A stretch of 63,329 nucleotides of DNA, the filler included, from Perkinsus chesapeaki ATCC PRA-425 (lineage: Eukaryota; Protista; Perkinsozoa): the NCBI GenBank assembly GCA_013115145.1. It is 8 parts of 8 records of this genome, joined end to end, with 100 filler letters (N's around TTAATTAATTAA, not from the genome) between each part and the next. Parts side by side here need not be neighbours in the genome. Positions count along the whole stretch, not along the records: positions 1 to 21,354 come from JAAPAO010000597.1; 7 more parts are not named here. The stretch is one strand, 5' to 3'. A model generated the notes under the pieces. The model saw nothing but the letters and a program-made list of their open reading frames with translations, had not been told where the DNA came from and ran no database searches. The position numbers and the translations under genes are program-made. Every line of letters starts with the position of its first letter. Position 1 is the stretch's first letter. Shown here piece after piece: positions 1 to 12,861 of the stretch.

Positions 1-355
1 GGATATTCCTGTCGTGAAGGGTAAGACTATGGCTGCTGATGACTTCTTCGAGGGTCAGGGCCGTACTGATGGTGCTCTCACTCCCTGGTATAATGAGCAG
101 GATAAGATCGACTTCATCCATCGTCTTCATGATGCTGGTGTTCGCAACATCGAGATGGAGAGTGTTGCTCTTATGGGTTTCTGCCAGCGTGCCAAGATCC
201 CCGCAGCTTGCGTATGTGTGACCTTGGTGAACAGGTTAGAAGGCGATCAGATTACCTCAACTAAGAGGCAGCTCGCCAAATACAACGAGTACTCAATTCG
301 TGTTGTCAGCAATTACATTGCTACCACTGAGGCTAAGACTGCCGCCACTCATTAA
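1..355 (+). CDS. Uridine phosphorylase, 3' part of upstream tandem copy (runs off window start)
   Basis: Nearly identical to 1602-1956 (4 substitutions seen); DDFFEGQGRTDGA and NIEMES motifs. Confidence 0.9.
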   Translation, partial: DIPVVKGKTMAADDFFEGQGRTDGALTPWYNEQDKIDFIHRLHDAGVRNIEMESVALMGFCQRAKIPAACVCVTLVNRLEGDQITSTKRQLAKYNEYSIRVVSNYIATTEAKTAATH

Positions 356-1038
356 ATGCTGTTGTATAGTTTTTTACTACGCGTGGGACATCGCTTCCAC
401 GAGATCTTCCTTTCTGTATAAAGAATAATTTATTGTCCAGGATAACAGACAGTGTTTGATTGTTAATAGGTGGCGTGCCATTAGAACTTCCCATTGATAG
501 ATCAACTGTACAACAACAATTTTGCTGCCGAGACAGATGTTCCGCCGCGGTGCATGCAGGAGCTTCTGCCCTACCTTACAATAAGTTCCGGTATTGCTTC
601 CTCTTCAGCAGTGTTAGCCGTATTATCAATCTTATCCTACGAACATCAATTCACTGACTCGCGACCTGGGTCCCTGAAGTCCGCATTACGCGGCTGCTGT
701 GTATCTGAAAACTATCGAGTGGTACGCCGTGAATCATTCTTGTGATTCTTGTACAGCTGAGTAAGGTTGTGCTGTGGAATTAGTCCTATCCCTGTGACTA
801 GACAGGAATACAAGGCTGACTGTTTACTCATAGGTCTTTAGGATGGCAGAGAGACGCCTATTCGGGAACGTAGACTCCCACCTACGGCTATTCATACGCT
901 TGCCAAATGCGCAGGGAGACGGCTAATTGTGTTCTGCTTAGCGAAATTGACAAAGCTAGGCTAAAGTGCTAGCAGTGCCTTGTACGATACCCTGAATACC
1001 ATACTCACATTAAAGTGTTCATATCAAGTTTATCGAAG

Positions 1039-1956
1039 ATGTCGACCGCTTCTACCCCTGCTTCCAGACATAATATTTCCCCTTATGCTCAAGCTTTGAC
1101 TTGTGATCATTACTATCATCTCGGTCTTGATACCGACATGGATCTTAAGGCCCTCTTCGGTGATGTTAAGTACTTCGTTATGATGGGTTCTCCTACTCGT
1201 GCGGAAACCTTCGCCGAGGTGATGGCTAATGCCTTTGTGGAGCAGGGCCTTCCTAAGCCTACTGTAATGCGTCTTGGTAAGACCGAGCGTTACAGTATGT
1301 TCAAGTGCGGCTCCGTCGTCTCCGTTTCTCATGGTATGGGCGGTCCTTCTCTTCATATTCTCATGAACGAGGTTTGCAAGCTCTGTAACCATGTTGGTAT
1401 TATTGATACCGTCAAGTGGATCCGTCTTGGTACTTCTGGTGGTTGCGGTGTTGCTCCCGGTACCGTTGTCTGCACCACTCAGGCCATCAACGATGAGATC
1501 AAGCCCTGCTGGAGAACCGTGCAGCTCGGCAAGGTCTTCGAGATCCCTACTGATGTCCTTGATATGCAGTTTGTTGATGATATCATCGCCAGTGCCCCCG
1601 AGGATATTCCTGTCGTGAAGGGTAAGACTATGGCTGCTGATGACTTCTTCGAGGGTCAGGGCCGTACTGATGGTGCTCTCACTCCCTGGTATAATGAGCA
1701 GGATAAGATCGACTTCATCCATCGTCTTCATGATGCTGGTGTTCGCAATATCGAGATGGAGAGTGTTGCTCTTATGGGTTTCTGCCAGCGTGCCAAGATC
1801 CCCGCAGCTTGCGTATGTGTGACCTTGGTGAACAGGTTAGAGGGCGATCAGATTACTTCAACTAAGAGGCAGCTCGCCAAATACAACGAGTACTCAATTC
1901 GTGTTGTCAGCAATTACATTGCTACCACTGAGGCTAAGACTGCCCCCACTCATTAA
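1039..1956 (+). CDS. Uridine phosphorylase (eukaryotic UPP-type), intronless
   Basis: ATG at 1039; SVSHGMGGPS, RLGTSGG, FFEGQGR and NIEMES motifs of the PNP/UDP family. Confidence 0.93.
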   Translation: MSTASTPASRHNISPYAQALTCDHYYHLGLDTDMDLKALFGDVKYFVMMGSPTRAETFAEVMANAFVEQGLPKPTVMRLGKTERYSMFKCGSVVSVSHGMGGPSLHILMNEVCKLCNHVGIIDTVKWIRLGTSGGCGVAPGTVVCTTQAINDEIKPCWRTVQLGKVFEIPTDVLDMQFVDDIIASAPEDIPVVKGKTMAADDFFEGQGRTDGALTPWYNEQDKIDFIHRLHDAGVRNIEMESVALMGFCQRAKIPAACVCVTLVNRLEGDQITSTKRQLAKYNEYSIRVVSNYIATTEAKTAPTH

Positions 1957-2164
1957 CTCTTGTTGTAAACTACTTCCCCTCTTCTTGTATTACAGTGTCT
2001 ATGCTAATTGTATTACATAATAATTTCAATGTTGGGACTCCCGTCCCGAGGTTATAAATTAACCTTCTGCTATTAAATGACTAATACAGTCGATAAGTTT
2101 ATGCTTTTCCTCAACCGAATTATATTGTGTTGTTCCAAGTGGTGTAGCGGGAGATCTAAGGGAA

Positions 2165-3653
2165 ATGCAAGTGGAATCAAGAGCTCAAGTTGAATCAGTC
2201 TCTGTTATGTTGTCAACTTCTACGAATCTTGTAATTGATGTGTATTATGTCGACTTGCTACACTGGTCATATACAGTAGATGAGCCTTTGGTGGCGGAGT
2301 GTCGTAAAGAGCTCTTGCCTGATACTGAGAACCGTAAGGTGATAGTCTATCGGCTTGTGTTGGTCTGTTAAGGAGGTTTCTCGAGGGAAAGTTGGTATGA
2401 AACTAGTCTATATAAAAAGCCGAAGACCCCGAGACAGGGTATCTTTGTTAATTTCAGTCCATCGCAGTGTTCTTGAGTCAACACAGAGTTTTCGGCGAGA
2501 GGTTGACCGAGCTAATCGGATCTTATACAGAATTATTGGCGGTACCAGACATCCCTCAGGTTGATCAATACGTCCAAGAGGTAGATAAGAAGATGTGTCT
2601 AGCTAGTCGGTTGCTACCTCGTTACATAGTAAACAAAGTCACTGGTGTGCCCTATGAAAAAGTTAGTGTATTAAATAGGGGAAGAAACGACATGGGCATG
2701 TAGCAGACAGGGTGTCCCGGGGAAGTGTAGAGCCTCGTAGGTTCAAACCAGCGTACGGTCCTCCGTTCCACACTCCTATAGATGACACTCTGAACATCTG
2801 GGATGCCTACCCCAACTTTAGCATATCTCATGACAGCGGTGTCGTCTGCATGGGGGTAATAGGGCTCCTTTGGGGAGACGTCGTCAAGTTTGTCGGAGCA
2901 GGTTAACCCTGTGTACGGTGTAGGGGTCGATATCCAAACGATAAGCCTTCCGCGGATCTACAAGTCGGCTCGAGAGTTTGTGGAGGATATGCGGGCAGAT
3001 GTGTTAAGTGAGGATGAATATAAGCTAATAATGAAGGACAACGACGATAAGGGTGTTCTGAGAGGGTAATACGGTGTGGACCACTGCTGGTAAAACTCAG
3101 GGGTCGAAGAAATATCACTAGTGCGTTCGAATGGGCTCTTCCCTATTGATGCCTTCAACGGCTTGGAAGTTCTAAGGCGGAGACAAGGCGTCCTTCGACC
3201 ATGTAGCGGTGACTATTGGGGGAGCTTGTTAGATTCTTTCGGATATGGACAGCGAAGGAGTCCTATCAGAAGTGTGTGGGCCTCGGTTTTGCCTTACCAA
3301 TGACGGAGCTAAGGATTGATCCCGGTGGCGATGTTTTACGCCTATATAACGGCAAGGTGATCAACACTGCTCTCGTTTGGCAGTTGAAGCCCTCTTTGTT
3401 TTAGTGGGTACCCCAGGGACGTCATTTCCGACTCGAACGTTTCTCACTGGAGCAGGGTGATGGTATGACAGAGATAGTCGGTTGTGCGTGCTTGGGGGAG
3501 CTAGCCCTATGTGACCCTTCCTGGACATCCTACCGTCCTCGGAATTGGCCATCGCCTAGCGTAGAGGGAGGAGCCTACTCTATTAGTATCAACCTGCATC
3601 ATTTGGATATGTCTCAGGATATCTTATCAGGCTATCATTTGAGTAATTCCTAG
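2165..3653 (+). CDS. Sfp/AASDHPPT-type 4'-phosphopantetheinyl transferase, multi-exon (ends approximate)
   Basis: Exons encode CLASRLLPRY, PNFSISHDSG and FRIWTAKESYQKCVGLG (WxxKExxxK motif). Confidence 0.78.
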
Positions 3654-4026
3654 GCCTCTATTACATTATCTTGGTAGTGTTACATTAATGGGGGCAAAGA
3701 GTGTGGTGAGTGGTAGGATTTCTGTGGGATTGCCCCCTTGTAGATGTGTAAACATACGGGCTCTGCTGCTGGTAGTTTGGTAGCTCTGTTGGCCCCGCTA
3801 GCTACCATGAAGCTTAGAACTCTATATCCGATTTAACGGCGAGTCAGGTGACTCCCTCCTGAGGTGTCTACTTGCCAATATGAGCATCATATGATATAGA
3901 ATGTATTCCAGTGAGAGGTAGTGTTCCAGTAGTACAGTCTTGCGCGTAAGAATTAGGTCAGCTCACTCTGTTATTGTCTTCAAGTTGTCTTGTTTCTCTT
4001 ATGCCTAACCGCCTCTAGTTCCCTAT

Positions 4027-5739
4027 ATGGGCCACATCCCATCTCGACCATTGATGTCTCATAGTAACTCTTCCATCCATCAACCGTCACCCCTACCTTC
4101 GACTCTGTACGGTGCGATAAGGTATGGTAGTGTTGGGGAGATAGAGGAGCTCATGGAGGAGGAGGGCGTGTCAGACATGGCAGCCTTGGAGGACCGTACA
4201 GGCCTCACTCCGACAATTCTTGCTGCCAAATTCGGTAGGGCGGATGTCCTAGGTAAATTTCTGGACTATGGCATGCCAGTCGTCTCCAGTATGGGGGTTA
4301 CTACGCCTCTATTAGAGGCCCTTGGTCGAGGCAAGTGTGACTGCGTCGATCTCTTGCTGAACAGATGCCCTGAACTACTGGGCATCAGCAGCGCCTTTGG
4401 TGGCATAACACCGCTGATGTCCGCTGTAGCTGGAGGATGCGCACATTGCCTTGGTGCGGTGCTCAAGGGTATTGATGGTGGCCAGGAGGCTACCAATCGG
4501 CTTCCTGGTGGGGAAGCGGTATCCAGTATGGAGATGGCTGTCTGGATGAGGCGAGAGGATCTGGTCAGGTTACTACTGGAACATGGAGTGGCGCCTGATA
4601 GGCAAAGCGTTGTAGAGGCAGTCAGACTCCAGGACTACGGCCTATTAATGCTGCTACTAAGCGCTCTCCCCCAAGCACCAAATGAGGCATTGGACGCGGC
4701 CGTGGCAGAGGCCTCTAGGGCTCCTGGAAACGCCCCACTTATCTCTCGCCTGCTGCATAGGCACGGGGCTCGGGTTACACTAGACGCTCTTAAAGCTGCT
4801 TGTGAGAGCAGTACAGCCATTATACTGTTGGAGAATTTCGGTGACTTTTGTAGTAGAGTGAGTGTGGAAGAGTGGACCAGAGTTTTGGCGGCGCACGTTG
4901 CCGAATCGGCAGTGTTGGACGTGTTCTGGTCGTGCCTTACCATACCGTATGCGGCGAAGTTGAAGGCATTGAACATTGCGGTGAAGAAGGATGCACCTAG
5001 AGCAGTTGTTAAGGCAGTGGAGTACTTCCATAGGAACAACTGTGATGATAAGGGTACAGAGGCACGGCTGTTGGTGCGGTCAGCGGAGTGTGGGGCTACT
5101 AGATGCCTGTATTACCTATTAAGAGACTATGCTACTATATCGATATCCCTACCGAAGATCAGGTTGAAAGTGGTGCCCAATACTTATGTTGATGCTTTGG
5201 AGCGAGCAGCCATGAATGGCCATCATACGGCAGTGGACATGCTTCTCAATAATGGATGCATAGTTACCGAGACAGCTCTCGTAGCCGCTGCGGTCGGGGG
5301 CTCGGAGGCCTGCCTTCAGCGGTTATTGTTCTCGGCAGATATCAAGGAGTTGAAGGATCGGTCTGGATGGTGGCACCAGTCTCTGCTACTGGTCGCCTAT
5401 GAGGGCAGAGTCGGGTGCGCACGCGTGCTGTTGTCGTTGTGGCCGGACAAAGCAGCGGAGAGGATTTCCCTAGGGGATGGCGGGAATGCTGCCCCACTGA
5501 GTGTGGCGGCTTGGAGGGGGCATGCTGAGCTAGTAGAGCTGTTGGGCAAATACTGTAATTGGAAGCAAAAGGCAAATGCCTTGGAGGTGGCAGCTTATAT
5601 GGGGTATCCTAGAGTGTGCGAAAAGATACTTCAAGCTCTACCGCAGCCACTCCCTGGATGGGCCATGCCTAGACAAGTTAAACATGAAGGTATCAAGAAG
5701 TGGCTGCAGGACTGCACCACTATGGAACTGATAGGATAG
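4027..5739 (+). CDS. Ankyrin-repeat protein, single exon
   Basis: 570-aa ORF with repeated TPxxxAA...G motifs (GLTPTILAAKFG, GITPLMSAVAGG, APLSVAAWRGH). Confidence 0.87.
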   Translation: MGHIPSRPLMSHSNSSIHQPSPLPSTLYGAIRYGSVGEIEELMEEEGVSDMAALEDRTGLTPTILAAKFGRADVLGKFLDYGMPVVSSMGVTTPLLEALGRGKCDCVDLLLNRCPELLGISSAFGGITPLMSAVAGGCAHCLGAVLKGIDGGQEATNRLPGGEAVSSMEMAVWMRREDLVRLLLEHGVAPDRQSVVEAVRLQDYGLLMLLLSALPQAPNEALDAAVAEASRAPGNAPLISRLLHRHGARVTLDALKAACESSTAIILLENFGDFCSRVSVEEWTRVLAAHVAESAVLDVFWSCLTIPYAAKLKALNIAVKKDAPRAVVKAVEYFHRNNCDDKGTEARLLVRSAECGATRCLYYLLRDYATISISLPKIRLKVVPNTYVDALERAAMNGHHTAVDMLLNNGCIVTETALVAAAVGGSEACLQRLLFSADIKELKDRSGWWHQSLLLVAYEGRVGCARVLLSLWPDKAAERISLGDGGNAAPLSVAAWRGHAELVELLGKYCNWKQKANALEVAAYMGYPRVCEKILQALPQPLPGWAMPRQVKHEGIKKWLQDCTTMELIG

Positions 5740-5829
5740 TAGCATTATGGGCTGAACGACTATTATCACTTAGTAGCATTACCTTGCACTAGTCACCGTC
5801 TTGGGTTCTTCGGCGCAGGGGGTTTGGGG

Positions 5830-8800
5830 ATGTCTTGGAAGTTTTACAGTATGCCTTTAGAGCCATCGGACCTTACAGTGCATCTACTGGGGCAGGACAC
5901 GGCCCAGCCTCGAGGCCAAGATGAGCCCAAGTTTTTCAGACTACCGAGTCATCCAAGATACTATAATCCCTTCCAAACCCTAACACACTGCGGACGGTAG
6001 TACAACTGGGGGGGGGGGGAGGAGGAATAACATTGCCGGAATGGGCAACTCCTTGCCGTTCGTCGGTAGCAGCCAAAGTGGCTGTTATGTTTCTCCCGGA
6101 ATAGAGCGTTCATAGTAAGGATTGTAGCTTTCGTTTCCGGTGCCTTGGCGGATAACAGTGGGATGTGGGGAGACACGGTGTGGTAGTGGAGGTGCGGGTA
6201 GAATATGAAGGAGGGAATGGTTTATCATCACAATGCAATTGGTGGTCGTAGCCTTTAGAGTGAAGAAGTCGATACCGTGTTGTCAGGATTCAACCGCAAT
6301 GCTGTAGACGCCTAAATGATTTGGCCTTTAGATACGAGAAGTTGAAGATTATTCTTTTTACTATTACTGGTATAGCACCACTACGATTAATGATAATATT
6401 AACACTCGGAGTGCTTGGTATGATACCAGCTAAGTTGGCTCTAGTGGGGATACCTTACCATGCCGATCAAGATAGCATGCAGCCGCCTATAACAGCCTGG
6501 TGGCGAAAGGCATTGGTAAGAATAAGGGAGATACGGTGGGATTATCTGTGGGAAGATAAATTCCAGTACGCTCGATAGGACTCTAGTGTGTCTTCAGAAA
6601 TCACATGACGAATGCTGTAGCCTATATCCTCCGGAAAGCATTTGATAGGGTGAAATCTGCGGGTCCTCGTTATTACTGTATATCAGATACACTTCATGCT
6701 GATGTGGGTGAGGATTATCCTATTCATAGCTGGCTTCTATTGGGTTAAAGTTGAAGGTCAGGCGGACCCTAATACCAGAATATACGTATCGTCGCATCAT
6801 TCCATCTGGGATACCCTCTATCTAATGTAACCCCTCCAACCATTGTGTGCTAATACTGTCCCCTTTTGCCCCATAAGGTACTATACAGGCTGCTGTGAGG
6901 CGGCTAAGTCAGACATTTTCGACGTTCCGGTGCTGGGAACATATATGCGAGTGCTCAGTGCATTGCCCATAGACCGCAGAAGTAATATGCCCTCGTAGTA
7001 GCTGTTGCTCATCGAGATGGTTCAGCCGATGTTGGGCGCGAAACAGCACGATATAACATCAAGGAGAGGGCCCTAGACCGCCGTTATCCACCATTGGTGG
7101 TATTCCCTACAGGGACTTGTAATAGCATTGTTGGAGTAGATTGGATTGAGTGTTGTTGTCATTATGGCAGGCAATAATATACGTGAAATGACAGAGTTCA
7201 AGACAGGGGCATTTGATACAGGATTCCCGGTACTAATGACCGATTACTCGCTCCTTTGGATTTCGCCGCCAGTCGTGTTCCTGTTGCACTACAAAGAGGA
7301 GGTTGAAAATAGCACGGTGTCTTATGCGTTATAGAGAGTCACTGCGTCTTAACCCCTCAAGCATCGCCAGAGGAGAAATGTATATAGTAATCAGTTTTAT
7401 GGCACTTTATGGTTAGGTTCAACCAATAGGGATATCCTATCCTTGCCGTCATAATGATTTATATCTCGATGATAATATACTACTAGTTCTATACCGTACT
7501 CTTTGCCAATTCATCAACTTTGAGACCATAACATTCCTCCCACTACAGTACCCTACTCGAGAGCAACAGGCGGACCCAGCCGTCTACGCCGAGAATGTAA
7601 GGGTAGGGGGAGGCATATGTCGACGACGGCGGCGGTATTGTCAGGTTCGGCAGCTTATGTGCAGTCAACTAGGGCGTCTACCGGTCCCGTTTGTATTCGA
7701 GGATGAGATGCTTCGTACCGCATGTGTTAATAAGAAGATGCCTTTGTGTCAAACAAGGCTGATGATGCAGGACGTTTTTAGAGAATTCGGCACAAGTGAT
7801 AGGATACTGGAGTTCTGGGTAGGCCTGGAGGGGATGGAAGGGGAAGTGACGTGAAACTGCCCAGCAGGGGGTCATCTGTCAATCTTTTAATCGTCGAAAC
7901 ACTCACCGTATACCTGCACCTGAAATGTGACACGGGCACGCGCGGCCAGCTGAGCGCGTGCGTGCCAAAGATCGAAACTTGTCGTCTACTTTGTAAAGCT
8001 CATTTATGATTAGGTGGATAAGCTGCATACGATGGATGTTGATGGTGATGGGTTAATATCGGTCAATGATATCAAGGACAAGTTCACTCTTGACCCTCAA
8101 GGAACCAAGTGCGCAGAGGACCTCCTCAACCTACTCAAGCAGAACGATCCTGTCAACGATAAGGGAGTGCCAACACAGGAAGGCCAGCAGTGGGGAGAAC
8201 TATCATGGTAGTAGGGGACGACGTATGGTGGCTGTAGATTGTAGATTCACAAACGTCTATCGCGCAGCAGCACAGTTGGACGAGGAGGCAGCCTACACGT
8301 TGCTGTCCACTGCCTGAGGGTTTCGAGTCGATTTTGTAACCCTGTGACCGGAGCCGTCTCCGTTAGTCTATTAAGACCCCCTCTATGAGTTATATAGTAT
8401 GTGTAGTTCTCTTAATAGTCCTTTGCTATATATAAATCAACAACAGCACCATAGTCGAAAGCCTCTTGGCTTTGGTGGATAGACGTCACTAAAATGAAAG
8501 CCATGAACCCAATCTTCGACTACTCTGTAGAATGGACGGCGGGTTTAAGGTTCCCTATCATTCAGGTACGCTAAGATCGCTGGAGGATCACCGCCATTGC
8601 CCAAGCGCCCCAAGGACAAGTACAGTCCTAATGCTTTGGGGGTGCATGAGATTATACCTATGCTGTTGGTTCTTTATAATGCCAGTAGGCTTGATGAGAG
8701 GTAGGATGGCTAATGATGGGTACTACCTCTCACTCCGTCTGGCACTTAGTTATCGGCAGCCTTTGGAACTTCTCTATTCCGCGTTCAATTTTACACTGCC

Positions 8801-9051
8801 AGTAGCTGTACTAGACGAACACGAGCTTGCATCTACGGTAGTGGGGGTATCTTTAGGTCGGATTAATGTCATATGATCGATTTCAGATACGCCAGGAATT
8901 GAGCAAATATATACCAGATCTTTTTACTCCTCCTATTCCAAGGAGAAATACAGTTTCTACCGTAGCCAGTCCGTCGGCCAGCGTAGCCGACGGAAGCTCT
9001 CTAGACGGGGACAGCAGCAGCATAAGCCCGAAGGGCCCTGAAGTTGTGTGA
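5830..9051 (+). CDS. LPCAT-like lysophospholipid acyltransferase with EF-hand, paralog 1 (multi-exon)
   Basis: YNPF, SHHSIWD (HxxxxD), PIDR, FPTGT, FKTGAF and EF-hand DVDGDGLISVND; 3' exon LELLYSAFNF aligns with LECLFRAAFEM of paralog 2. Confidence 0.8.
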
Positions 9052-9385
9052 TGTTGGTGGCTCCGTGGCTGTGATGGAAACTATAAAGGCTGTTCAAACC
9101 TATATGTTTCTTCTTCCCCTTCTCTTTCTTCTCCTTTGGGTGGGTTATTCTTTCTTTGAGTTTTCCTGCTGTTCAGCTGCCTTCAACCACTGTGTGCCTT
9201 TAGTAGTATGTTGTGTTATTCCTGGGCATCAAGGGTCATTCCTGTACGGTAGACTACTTAGGCTTGAGGGGACGCCCTTCACATGACGCTATATAAGGCC
9301 TGCTGCAGTAGCTGGATGGGATGAAGCCTGACCGAGTGCCCGAGCCACGGTGTAGGATAGCACCCTCTCTGCAGCTTTGTTTTTT

Positions 9386-11814
9386 ATGTCCACTCCCCCA
9401 ACATTGATAAACGGCGAAAATAGACCTTCAGACGGCGGTAGGGAGCGGAAGAGCAACCTCGTGGCGTCAGATGAGCAACTTAACGTGAGTCGACCGGGCC
9501 TCCAGCTCTAGTGGGTTGAGTCACTCAACTTGACTTATTGTCACTTATTCGACTTAACTGGAATCTTGCCAAAGGGAAGGCATTAAAAATTCTCGGAAGT
9601 GTATGTGGGATTATGAGTGGATAAAGAGGAGCTGCTTGAGATGGTCGGTAAAAGCCTTTGATTTATTCAGAACCCTTTTAAGTTCGATACAAGGCCACGG
9701 TACACGAACGCCTTCCTACCATTGACAGAGTACACCACGTAAGAATGGTCATCATCATCGACTGCTGCTGTTGTTCTTGTTGGGTAAAAGGATGTCTGCT
9801 CTCAGTTACGAGAAGTTCAAAGTGTTCCTCTTTACCGTTACTCTCATTGCACCTATCAGGATTTTCATTATAGTACCCCTTCCTCCCAGCCGGGCCGTCA
9901 TGCTATATAAGCTCGTTTAGGTTTTCCTTCTTATCATTGGTGTGTGTATGGCTAAGGTGGCATCTATAGGCCTACCGCCTATAGATGACGCCATGGAGTT
10001 ACAGCCTCCTATAGACAGCAAGTGGCGAAGATTCATAGTAGGTTGATTGGCGCTCTATTCCCTCGAGTGATGTTGGCAGGTTTTCCTTATGCGTATTGGT
10101 ATGCGATGGATAATGTTCCTTGCCGGCTTTTATTGGGTCAATATAGAGGGTTACTATGACCCTAGGGCCCGTATCATTATAAGCACTCATCATTCAATAT
10201 GGGACACTATCTACCTTATGTAGCATCATCATCATCATAATCCCATCCACACACCATTGCTGCTGTTATTAGGATTTATACTGGATGCTGCGAGGCTGCC
10301 AAGGCAGACCTCTTTAAGGTGCCTATGTTAGGGAGCTTCCTCAGGTCCCTTAACGCCATGCCAATCGATCGGAGATGTAAGAATCCCTCCTCCTCCCCCT
10401 CACTTGTCATTTCGGCATCAGGTCCCGAGGCACGCAGGGCGGCTAAGAGGAATATGAGAGCTCGCGCATTAGACCCCAGATATCCCCCAATGATTGTTTT
10501 CCCTACAGCCACGTGTACGTCATCCTCGCTTTACCTTCTTATCTATTTCGACTCAGGCAACAATAGTCGACAATTATCTGCCTTCAAGGAGGGAGCTTTC
10601 GATTGTGGCGTTCCTGTAAGCCTTGAGTGCCTCCATTTAAAGCGACCATATCCCCGCGGCTCAGATACAGCCAGTTGGTCTGGAGTACCCAGCTCGTCAT
10701 AATGATATATTTGCCCTTAAGAACATGGCGTGGGTTTTCTACTGGAGCTGTTGTCAGTTCGTCAACTTCCACACTGTCCGCTTCTTGCCTGTGTATACCC
10801 CCAGCGAGGCCGAGATAGCCAGTCCTTCTCTCTACGCACAGAATGTGAGTCTCATCCTCCGAGCCTCCGAAATTGGACTGTTGGACAGGTTCGGTCTCTT
10901 ATGTGTACAAAGCTGCAAAGAGAGGCCGTGCCGTATGTGTTTGAGGATGAGCTTCTTCGAATAGTTTGTCGTGATAATTTCATGCGAGTGCATCAGCATC
11001 GTATAATGATGAAGCAAGTCTATGAGGAGTTTGGTATCAGCATGCACTATGTGGACCATTGGGTACGTCTACTGTACAGCGCCGCTCTATACTGTTATTG
11101 TGGTCTTTGCTTGGCAGGTAAAACTATTGCATCGTTTGGACCTCGACGGTGATGGTCTACTGTCGATAAGCGACGTTCAAAAGTCGCTAGTCCTCAGCAG
11201 TGATTCAGATGAGATGAAAATGCTAAAACGGATATGGGCAGTGTTGAAGGTCGATGAGAGCGCCGATCCCAAATACGAGGATATCCCCGCGCCTATGAAC
11301 AAGGCACTGACTAAAGATGGCAGCTGGTGCGGCATGGGGAAGTCAGCCAACTTTCAGTGGTTGTGGTAGGTATGACTATTTCTCTGGCGGCAACCCTCCA
11401 GTGCCCTCGCGTCCATTGGATGAGATACCCGGGGACTTGCTCGCCATTCACGACATAGTGCCAGCGTTCGTGGTTGTCTTCAGCCGGAGAGAAGATGCGG
11501 TTGAAAAGTAGGTACACCATTCGGAAGATAACTGTCATTCGATACGCAGGCGACGTGATGGTCTAGAGTGTCTCTTCCGAGCGGCATTTGAGATGTCCCC
11601 AGAAGACTTCACTACCGAGGAGCTTCAGGATCAGGTAAGGCTCTTGCGATCGCCCAAGGATTGAAGATAAGCTGGCTCCTGATTAGTTGCGACAAAAGCT
11701 TACAAAGTATCTCCCGACCATCGGCACGCCACCGCAAAGGCATGGCTACAGGAGCAGCGACGCCAGCAGCGGAAGAAATACATCTTAGGCGATGATGATT
11801 TGCAGATGGAGTAG
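9386..11814 (+). CDS. LPCAT-like lysophospholipid acyltransferase with EF-hand, paralog 2 (multi-exon)
   Basis: QNPF, THHSIWD, AMPIDRR, FPTAT, FKEGAF and EF-hand DLDGDGLLSISD; exon layout parallels paralog 1. Confidence 0.82.
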
Positions 11815-11879
11815 CATATTCTAGCCCCCCTATTCAGTGATTCATTGCGGTATATTTGTTAAACTGTCTGGTAGAGATG

Positions 11880-12474
11880 AGGTTCACCAACCGACAAGTG
11901 TTGTGTTCAAGTCACGAGTTAATCGCTGCCCTTCGGGAGAGACCACATGAGTTGCGGAATGTGTCCGTGGTTCCTCAGCTACAGCCAACGCTACGCAACT
12001 TTGCATTGAAGGAGGGACACGTAACCTGCCGTCGCACGTTCACGCAAAGTCCACAGCTGGACACCCGTAGACTTTCCCCGCACTTCGCTTCTACGCACAA
12101 GTGGTGCTCCGCGTTCAAGTCGGGGAGGGGGATATTGGTGAGATATCTTCCACAAGTGCCCAGTGTGCTCGCACACTGTAGGACTAATGGCCAAGCCCAA
12201 GATTCCCGCTCGGCGGGCGAAAAATACTTTGTGTCATGTATATTCACATTCGACTCATTCTCTATCTCTATTCTAGTGCGGTATCCGCCACCTCTCCCTT
12301 TTCTTTTACCCACCCACACCCACCCACGGACTCTCTGGTACTGTGGTTCTCTCTGACCGGGTCACCGGCCCACAACGTTATCCTGGACAACTTGTCCACA
12401 GCCCCACGCCCAGCTTTCGGGCTTCGCATCGGCTGCACTCTTCCTAGCGGTAGATCAATAATTATCCCATGCAC
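11880..12474 (-). CDS. Possible small hypothetical protein (spliced)
   Basis: Consecutive minus-strand ORF segments with plausible GT-AG joins; no recognisable family; extent uncertain. Confidence 0.28.
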
Positions 12475-12861
12475 TATTCTATTGATTTGTGTTAGGGCTG
12501 TGTGCTATTAGTCAGATGGGAAGATATTCACCGGAACTGCTAGCGGTTTGAACAACTCATGCGATATGCATTAATCAAGTTGATTGGCTTTAACTTGCCT
12601 GATATCACTTATAAACCAAACAAGTCTGTAAGGCATGATGAAATTACTATTATTAATAATACAATAATGGAAACTACAATAATGGGACTGTTTAGTACAT
12701 GCCGCCGGTCAAAGGCAGACGTTGGCGTTGGTTAATAGTTCTACCAATAACATCACGCTCATCTAGTACTAGAGTGTTCAACGGCGGTCGTAATGATTCA
12801 TCATACGTTTGTCGTATACTCGACGATGGAGACCGATAGGGATCTGAGGAGAATAACAACA

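Noticed and set aside
1030-1731. 233-aa minus-strand ORF
   Set aside because: Antisense shadow of the codon-biased uridine phosphorylase.
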